A stretch of 20,000 bases of DNA from Trichoplax sp. H2 (Eukaryota). Position numbers and translations under genes: made by a program. Below the pieces are notes generated by a model, which made no database searches, had not been told where the DNA came from, and worked only from the letters and a program-made list of their open reading frames with translations. This document shows, piece by piece, positions 10,347-20,000 of the stretch; within the stretch, counting starts at the first letter, position 1; every line of letters begins with the position of its first letter. The stretch covers positions 55,575-75,574 of the forward strand of contig NOWV01000269.1 of NCBI GenBank assembly GCA_003344405.1, in the 5' to 3' direction.

Positions 10347-13300
10347 CGAGATTCACAATATCGTTGAATGTAGAAAAGAAGATTTCAAAGTGGTGTTGAT
10401 TCCTAGTCAGATACAGATACCTTCATGGTAAGCTTAATTAGTAAACTTAGAACGGTGGTCCAAATTTCTGGTAGCAACTAACTTTTAAATCGTTAATTGA
10501 GAATCAAATCAAATTTTTGCTTGTAGACCAATAATTTTCATGATAGTAATGAACCAAGCAATATGTTACCAGATTGGGCGGTCATTCTAAACGAAGAAAT
10601 CAACAGGGGAGAATAAATTAAATCAATCTAATTGTATCCTTTTACACACCTCGAAGCTATAGCGACTGAATACTAAAGAACACCTATTTATTGTCTTATG
10701 ATACGCTTGGGAGTATTGTTGACTTGATTATTCAGGTATTGAGATCAAAAGGATAGACAGAAGAAAACTCTTTGCTTCGATTATGTTCTATTATACTCTT
10801 ATTAGTACATTTTGACAAGAGTATAATTTTATTGGATAGTTTTATCTTTTTACTAGATATTATTTTTCTCTATGTCATAATATTGATTTTGTGAAATTAG
10901 ATGGATAAGAGTATCTAGCAATTCTTACTTTCAATTCTATTGCTGAAATCATAATCCGGTTAAAAGTTAGGATTTAGTCACCGATCCTATTTATTTCGCA
11001 ATTAACTTAATTATTTTTAATATGGTAGTTAATTTTTGTTGCGAAAGGAATCCTGCTAATTGGAATGAGAAAAATACTGCAATTTTATTTTGGCAAAAAT
11101 ATTATCTTTGAGCTCGATTCAATAAGGAACGTTTGTTAATTCATCTATTGTAGCCAAGTAAAGTGCATAAAGAAATTAATTTAATGAGAAAAGAAAATAG
11201 TTATAGAAAAATAGTTAACTAGAATTCTTCTTATTAATTTCCTGTCTCATCGAGCTGCCGAAGCGAAATTTTAATAATTATAAGTGAATGCTAATTCACA
11301 CTCTATCCTTAAATATTTTTGATAAATTATTTTCAATATCGTGATAGCTGATTAATATTTTACTGTTGTAGCTAAGCCTTTTGATAATTCTTCTGGATTT
11401 TGTCAAGAATTATATGAATTTTAAGCACTTCTTATGTAACTGCTACAATGCATAACAAATACGAAGATATATAGAATGCAGTTAAAATTTTTTTTCAGTA
11501 AAAAATAAGAAAATATATCAACTTAATATAATTAACTTCCTGTTCTAAAATAATAGTCTAGGTATTTATCGAGGTGACATTTCTCTTTTGTATGATTTAT
11601 TGAAAGTACCAAAATTCGATACAGTTTGTCTCCGTTATTTAACTAAGGCTTGCTGAACACGGTCTAGCACTTGCCGCATTATATTTATGAACGTAGATAT
11701 TGCAGCGCTAATTTTTTTCGTCCAGTTCATTTAATAAACAAATCGCAATTATTATACAATAAGAGGGGGAGGGGAATCGAATAGAAAACGAGTATCTATT
11801 ATAGTAATTTTGATTATGTACCAGTTATTTCGTTTTAAATTTCTTAAAGTGATGTTGTAACAGGTTTTCTACTTTAATGTTAAATATTGAACTATTATTT
11901 CCAAATATTTCTGATTGATAAATAGAAATATTGATCCTTTTCAAGGTAGTTTACTTATGTTTTATTGTGGAAAGTCTTTTGCAAAGGTTACAGCCTTATG
12001 CAAATAAGTGCCTAATGGAATGCCTGAGTCCAAGTTATATTATGTCAATTAGGCTGTGGACATGCATTAAATTAAAATGTGTCTATAGCCATTATAATGA
12101 AGTAAAATTTATTAAGCTCGCTTTTACTTTCTTTTTGCTTACTCTAGACACTATTTTTACTGTAGTACAGATGTATAGCTCATTAAATTAAGATTACTAT
12201 GACAGTCTTCAAATTTAAAATGCTAATAACCTTGTTTCGTAAATAATTTACTATTGAAAATTTTGCTGTATATTGACAGAGATTATGATTTTATTTACTA
12301 ATTTACTGAAGTGAACTAATCATTAGAGTACATCTTAAAATTTTACAATGATTACACTAGTGTTTATTGATAATGAAATTGGCTTAGTGTTTGTTCCTTC
12401 TGGCAGCTGATTACTAAAATTTAATTTGAACCGTTTAAGTGGATCTCTCGTAGCCCTACTACATATCGGAACTACTCGAAGGAATAGCAACGTACGTTTT
12501 CGAATTTTGCTTGCCATAAATGAAATTAACTAATTAATCTCCGTAAATGAACAACATATGGCAGTCGGCATTATGTCTAGAATATGGCCCTAATTTTAAT
12601 CCGAATTATATGTATCAATACATACTGTGCTTAATTACTGACTATGATACATATGTAATGGCTATATTTTAGTTTCGAGAAATTTCTCTTATTTATATAG
12701 TACAGAAACATATGTTACCACATCAATTCCCGATAAATGATTGAATGTTTATGAATAATAAGCACGCGTAGGTTAATTGTAATTAATAGCGGAGTCTTGT
12801 CGACGCTATTATTGACCAATCGATTATTAAAAACAATTTCTTTTTAATCTTAAGTCGCTTTATAGGCTAATGCTACGTTACTATTCAGTATAATGTAATG
12901 TGACAAAGTTCATACCTTTTTCGACATTCATAACATTACTTGAAGTTCTGATTTTAGGTAGAATGTCATAAAAATTTTGTAATTAATTCGTCGATTTTAA
13001 TCGCAAAAGAATTTAACTTTATTTGAGAATGTATACTTTTCATTGACTGCGGTACCAGTAGTTTGTTACAGTAGGATGATATATCATCGTATTTATTAGC
13101 AACCAAAAAAATGATCGTTGATTAATCATTGCGGTGATCAGATTTCCTCATACTGCAATTACCATTTCTAATACTCAGTATTTTGAATTTGATTATAACA
13201 ACAATATAAATGAAAGCCATAAATTTGGTTAGCTGTATCACCTTGCACAGTAGTATGAGTGCTGTAATTGCTAGAGATTTGCAGCAAAATAAACAAATAC

Positions 13301-16300
13301 ATAAAGGGTATAAAATGGAGCATTTTCGATTGTTTGAATGTGTCAGTAAGTGAAAGTAAAGCGCTTCCTTCTGGCGAATTCTAGATTTAAACAAGGATTT
13401 ATTAGTCTTTCTCTCTTGCTACGGTTATGTAGCAATATGTAAAGTTTATTGATTATTCTATACGTTATTTAGCAAAATAGCTAACTGTTTTTTGTTACCA
13501 ATACAGTAGCATTCCTATATTCCCTACGATATGGGTGTTTTATATTTTAATCAATAATCCATCCCAGCAATTTGTATTATTAAAGACAATAATGATGTTT
13601 AGAGTCCAATCCTTATTCGAAATTGAAAGTTCTGATACGTTTGCTATATTCTCTAAATAATGCCTAAATCCCAAGCTTTTTTAATGTATAGCAATCTAAA
13701 GCTTTGCAATATTGGATTACAGATTTGCACAAACTGGTAGAATTGATCAATCTTATGATTAAGTCTATTATGAATTAATATTAAATTTTCCAAGTTATAG
13801 CAAATAAATAAATAGAATTTACAGTACTGCATCATGTAACTTTCAAATATTAATATAATTAAAGTTGATCTTAAATCTTGAATCTATTGTAAAAGAGCAG
13901 ATAGAATTTGCGATACTGTATCATTCATCCATAAAATTTTAATATAATTTGTTACATAGGTGTAAGCTATAAAATTAAATATCGATATTACTGCATTTTA
14001 GTGTTCTCTAGGGTTTAATTTTGCTAAATTATTGTTGCCTGCTCTGTAAGACTCGATTAGACATATTAAGTCAAACTGGTACTTAAGAATAAATGAATTG
14101 CTATGGATATCTCATCATAAAATTAAGTTACTCAAATATGTTAGCTTAACATCATATGTAGCTAATCAATGTTTTTACATCTGTGTAATAAATTTATGGG
14201 TTCGACATTAACTTTTTACTGCGGTTTTTCTACATAATATGAAATAATTCTTGACAGATTGTTCATAATACAAGACCGTCTTTTTATATGATCGTCGTAA
14301 TGTTCGCTTAGATTTAAAAAATAATCTTAAAAATTTATTAATTACATTGACGCCATGATAGTATAGTTTCAGATATTATTGAATTCTCAACAAGTTCTGT
14401 CATGATATCAATGTTTAGAAATTACTCTACTGTTGGATTAATAGTAGGAGTAACAGTAGATATAAAAGTAGAATTATTGTTTTTGATAAAATTTTGCTTA
14501 GAATCATTTCAAAATACACTACAATTGTTGATTTTGAATAAGCTCTAGGTAAAAGATAGGATAATGGATTTCAAAATTGCTGATTAATTTTCATTGCGCA
14601 ATATTCCTGGAAAATTGCATTTTTTGCTCTAGAAATTTGCACGTATAAGGCAATAATTAAGCAGCTTTCTTTGTTTCAGTAAGTAATTTATTTTTTCTAA
14701 ATTTTTTAATTTGGGAAAATAGTTGAAGAAGATGTAGTTGAAGTTGATTTAAGTAAGAGGAAAATGTGCTTTGTATAAATAGATATGAAAATCCAAGCAT
14801 TAGATATTATGTCGAAAATTTTATCTAGCAAGAAATAAATAATTTAATAAACAGCACGTGTAAACTTTGTCTTAATTCTCGCCGCATTCAACTTTCTCTA
14901 TCCTTACTCTATTTGTTACTGCTTTTAATTTTTTTATTATATTCTAATTGCTCTTATATACAGTAGCGAAGATATTGCTTGTAAAAGTTTTGTCATCTTA
15001 TATTGGTTAGTTTTGATGAGATTGAGTAAAATCTTTTAAGTTCCGAAATATCGCAATGCTTTTGCTATTAAGAGTTGGAGTCTGACTGTTAGAAAAGTAC
15101 GGTACTTTATAAACTAAAGTGACCTTAATAAAAATTCGATAGCATCACTCTGTTTGTTCGCTTAATTTTACCGTAATTGCTCAATGGATTGCTTTTCTGC
15201 CATAAGTTTTTAGCATTTGAAAAAACAAATTTCTGATTTTGCTGATAAATCAGTAAGGAATCTACGTAGCAGCTGTATTAGTATCTATTCTTTTAGATTT
15301 AATAATGCAATTAAACAAGTCCTCTTCTTTATTTCACTTATGAGTTTATCCAGAAAAAAATTATTTATAACTGTTCTAATTATAGAATATTTACTTTCAA
15401 TCTTGATTGATAGAAACAATAGCCTTAAAAATAATAGTACATTGGATTATCAACATCGTTAAAATAAATTCAATCCTATCTTAGAAAAAAGATGCAGAAA
15501 GACCTGTTCCGTTATAGCTTTATAATGATTAGGTTACTAGAATAATGCTATACCTCTACGATGGTATTTATAAGAACAGTTATTATCGCCAAATAATTTT
15601 TTTGGAGACAGAGGAATCTTAAATGCTTGTAATAGCTAACGTAGCCTGATACTCTGCTGATAGAAACTCTTCAATTGTTCAGATTTACGTAAACCCCTCT
15701 GAAATAAGTTAAATATCCAAGTTCCATGACCTACTTCAACGTCACTTAATACATACGAATAAATAATTCTATTAACTCTCTAAACGAAAATTTAAGAAGC
15801 TGTCTATCCATTATACTGTATCATCCAACAATGGCACTAAACTCTAAATTCACCTATTAGATCTATTTATCGCAAATCGATCTTTTCAACCAGAAAGTTA
15901 TTTGGTACCCATGTTTTTAAACTTATTAAGGTTAGACATTAATCTTAGAAATCCATTTCTTATTCAGTAAATGTCTATTATGACTATTACGAATTCAGTA
16001 AAATTTTATATGCAGGAAGTTTGGCAAATCATTATTTGGATATGGTAAAGAAAACAGATTAATTCTAGGGTATAAAATTTTGGTAAAATTTAGGGTTAGC
16101 TTACTTTACTATATGCATATTTTACTTCAGTATACAATCACACATGTTTATTTTGATGTGATTTCAATGCGAAAGTGATCTAATCTAATTAATCACGCAT
16201 GAGAAGTACCAGTATATCTAGTACATTAGAAAGGTATAACCATCGCTTGTATCGCTTAGCTTAAATATATGAAAATGAAATATATCTTTATTTTCTGATG

Positions 16301-19300
16301 CTGATCATAACAAGAAAAGGGACAGAAAAAAAAATTTGGATAGCTATGAATCCATAATCTCTGATCAAGATTTTTAAATAGGATAGGCATCTTACTGGTG
16401 TTTTTCAGTATGGTATCAAGTTAATATAGCAATACTTTATACTGTGCATTCTGTTTGAAAAATAGATCAATAGAACTAATTTGTTTTAAATTCTAGTTAA
16501 ATTTGAAAAGAGTTCGTAAATTCAGTAAATTCTTTGAAACAAAAAAGCAGGCATGGATCAATCTATTTCTTCCATCATTACGCAATACGGAACACCCTAT
16601 CGACAGAATTTTCACCTTTACATATATCTTGTTACTATATCACTTTAAAGAAAATCCTGATAGACGGTTGTTGAGTTGTTAGTTACATGCTTTAGTTCTA
16701 GCAAAGATATTAAATCCCTCTAGAGTCAATCTTTACAGCCACAATTTATTAGCTGAGAATATAATTAATTCAAGATTACGATGATGACCGTGATAGTACT
16801 GGCGATGCAAATATAATAGCATAAGCAAAATAGAAATTGAGTAAGATTAGTGGCCATTATTGATGCAAGATTGATAAGATAGTTGCCTACCAGAATCACA
16901 AGGTGATAGTGCTACTACTACAAACCAGATTTTAGAAAAATGAATTAAATCCTCATGCTATTGCGCAGTTATTGCGTAGAAGTAATTAAGATATCCTCGA
17001 TATCACAATCACTAACTGTTTCTATAAAAATAAATGCAGGAAATTTATTAAATGCTAGAGGGTGTTGTAAATCTAGTTCACCCTTAAAGGACAGATATTT
17101 CTGTAATAACTTTACTAGTTGCATGCTGATTTTGTAATCTCGGAACTATACCGGCATATTATAAAATTTCATCCATTATGATGACGCCCTATTAGTTCAA
17201 ATCCATGTTTACTTGTTTTATGTAGTTTACTAGGAAGTTTAACATCTACTGTATGTCTATAATCTACTTTCGATCTCTCAAAAAAGATATTCCCGAGATC
17301 ATCTTGTTAGCTTTATGTATAGTTGCAATTAATCTAAATGAATCTATTTAGGCCTTGCAAAAAGTCTATATTTAGCGTCATATTGTGTTAAGATAATTTA
17401 ATTATGGCTATTGCGTTACGGATAATTGTGAATGATTAGCTTTACATTACTGTAATGATAAAACTATAGGTGATGATTAAATACATTTCAATGTCTTGAA
17501 TTTATCGTGTATGTTTAATTAAAAATGATAATACAGCCAAAACCTTTTATTTGATTAAGCGAAGCTTATTAAATGAATTACTAATGAACTAAATTGGCAC
17601 TGTTATTCAAAATGATTAGAACAACTCTTAGAGTACACGATAGCTGTAATATAGGCAATAAATGGTAACTTGATGTTGAGGAATTTTCTTATGACTGATA
17701 TATTGACCAAAATATTCTTCTATTTAATATGGTACCGTTGGTAGCAAAGTGAATTGGTATATTGTGTAGTATACGTTACCTAACACTGTCTTTAACAATT
17801 TTATATACGCGTAGTTGGATAAGATATTTTAAAATTGCAATCATTCCAATGTAAACATACATGATAGACTTGTAACAGTGAATTCTCTTTTCGAAGATAT
17901 TTTTCTGTTCAATGCTTTAACTCTATCAACTACTCTGTAGCTGTGTAATTTCACAAACATGCGGAAGAGAAAATATTCAAGCTGATCTCTATCATTTTTA
18001 CTTAAATTCATAAAGGTTTTTGTTATTAAGATTGTACTACAGCAAGTAAAGCAGAATTAATGTAAATGTTTTCTTTACGATAGCGAATGGCAAAGCAAAA
18101 TTTACTGGATGAAATTCTAGTGACTAACATTCTATAATATTAATAATCAAAATTAACTACTCTATCAGGAATAAATAATGAGATTTAAGGATAGCGATAA
18201 CGATAAGCGTAAATAACCTAATTTGGAAAGTTAGTGCTAACATGTCTCGCATATACGACAGTATTATCACCACTTGCGTCGTGACAATATTTCAGGAAAA
18301 TAAATTTGCATGGTGTCACGATACGAACCACCGTGAAGATTAAATAACTAAATTTAGTGTTTAACATTTACGTATGGAGATAACTAATGATGACTTACAG
18401 TAAGAACTGCGGTAGTTATTATTTTGTTACAGTATATTATGCTGTATTGTAGTAACAGTTCTCATAAGGTAACAAATATTAATTGATTATAGTATTATGT
18501 CTTGCAATGCTTGTGATGAATATCCAGAAGATATTCAATTACAGATGATACTATGCATAATTCTGTGTGTGGAAATACCGTAGTCTAACTATTTAGAATC
18601 GTCCAGTACATATCCAAAATTATAAATAATTTCTGTATTAATTTAGCTTTCCAATATGAGTTAGATTTCATAAACTGTTATGACTCTTACATGATAGCTG
18701 CTGCTGAAAGGTATTTCAGATCGATAGATAGTTGAATCAAAGAAGAGTTTTATAGTTGTTTTAACGTAGAAGCAAAGGCGTGTAAATTCTTGTGAGGTAG
18801 TTGGGGGATACTGAATCACGAAGACTATAGTAATTTAGAGTCTTCTTTTTCGTTATCTTTGTCCCGAAGCTGGTTTGTGACACAAGGATATAATGTCAAA
18901 GCAGAAAATGTCTTTAAAAGTGCTATATAAGAGGAAGTCGGTTAAAATATCAAGATGTCTCGTCCAATTAATTATTTTTCTTGTTAGATAAAAAAGGTAA
19001 ATAATGGAACTTTAGCGATTATATTTACCTTAAGTATTTGGTAACTGATCATAAAGTTTCCAAATCTCCACAAAAATATTTTGGGTAAGATTCGACCAAA
19101 TTTGCAATTCACGTATCTTTCGAGATAGAGTTTGAGAATGTGATCACTCGTTTTTAAATTGCTAGCATTTAAACTCGGATACAGTACTAAAATGCATTAT
19201 ATTCATTATTTTATTATGATTAAGATACATATTGAAAATATAAAATACCTGAGGGAATTGATTACTTCCTTGATATTAGATAGGAATGAAACTATTTATG

Positions 19301-19575
19301 AGATAAAGTATGGTATTACTCCCTTTAAATGATAATTTTAGCTCTTGTTCAAGGTATAATTTACTGTTATACTATAAATAATTAAATTACTGCAACTATA
19401 ATTTTTTGAAAACAGTTAAGATTTTGGCCGGCTACTAAGTTCGATGATAATTAATATTCATGCAAATATCATATTGATATATATTTAACTGCTCACAGAT
19501 AAATCGTTTGGGACTAAAGATAGTTTCTATTTTCAAAATTGATTAGACTACTGTTATTCTCTTCCATTTTAAACA

Positions 19576-19601
19576 TACTAACAATATCATTTCTTTTGCA
19601 G
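19576..19601 (+). other. Strong candidate 3' splice site (branch point, pyrimidine tract, CAG)
   Basis: A perfect TACTAAC lies at 19576-19582 (branch A about 20 nt from the AG), followed by TCATTTCTTTTGCAG ending at 19601. Confidence 0.5.
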
Positions 19602-19801
19602 TTTTGTATGGCACAGGCATTCTACAAAGCATAACATTGTTTTGCACTATTTTTAGTCCACTGTCATCAAGCTTTCATCAAGAAGGTAAAAGAAACCGCT
19701 ATGGCTTGTATGCTTTAAATGGATTAGCAATAAACAAGCCAAACTCTTTGAATATCGTGACATCCAATCAACTGTCATCGAATACCAATCTTAACTCATG
19801 A
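19602..19801 (+). CDS. Candidate coding exon, either internal (19602-19685, donor GAAG|GTAAAA) or terminal (stop at 19801); product unknown
   Basis: It follows the strong acceptor, and only the phase-1 frame stays open (xLYGTGILQSITLFCTIFSPLSSSFHQEGKR...). The 84-nt form would be frame-symmetric. An AATAAA lies at 19965-19970. I recognise no homology. Confidence 0.3.
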
Positions 19802-20000
19802 GTTATGTGGCAATTAAAACATGGTCAGCTATTAATTTGATCACCTTTTGACATTATCTATTTTAATTGAATTATTTTTTACGAGAACTTATTTGTAATG
19901 AATGCTTACAATTATTCAATATTAAATTCCTGTTAGCTAACGCTGCAGCTATTTCTCATAATTGAATAAATCTTTTCACCATAATCCGGAAAAGCAAGAT

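Noticed and set aside
2430..17137. Short ORFs of 60-90 aa from the track (2430, 4586, 11931, 12335, 13122, 13653, 15217, 16955)
   Set aside because: Their composition (rich in F, I, L, K, N) mirrors AT-rich DNA, several begin at non-ATG codons, and none shows a domain or convincing splice context. Such lengths are expected by chance.

Overview
This is very AT-rich (roughly 70% by eye), gene-poor eukaryotic DNA, most likely from an early-branching invertebrate. The receptor type suggests a placozoan such as Trichoplax, but that is an inference. The one well-supported gene is an intronless class A (rhodopsin-like) orphan GPCR on the minus strand (9210-10205). It has a well-spaced TATA plus Initiator core promoter, a good Kozak context and a nearby AATAAA. 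Its canonical activation switches are altered (DRY to DKL, NPxxY to NAILY with Pro shifted to 7.46, eroded sodium pocket), and it has basic residues near the ligand pocket. The first ~1.3 kb is a diverged foldback structure: inverted arms with near-exact anchors flank an internal ~230-bp tandem duplication, and two convergent exon-like segments look paralogous. A diverged array of three ~118-bp tandem units lies at ~7.7-8.05 kb. Candidate plus-strand exons at 6226-6420 and from 19602 (perfect TACTAAC branch point) are tentative, and the latter could belong to a small secreted or prepropeptide-like gene. I found no rRNA, tRNA, CRISPR, transposase or prokaryotic features.
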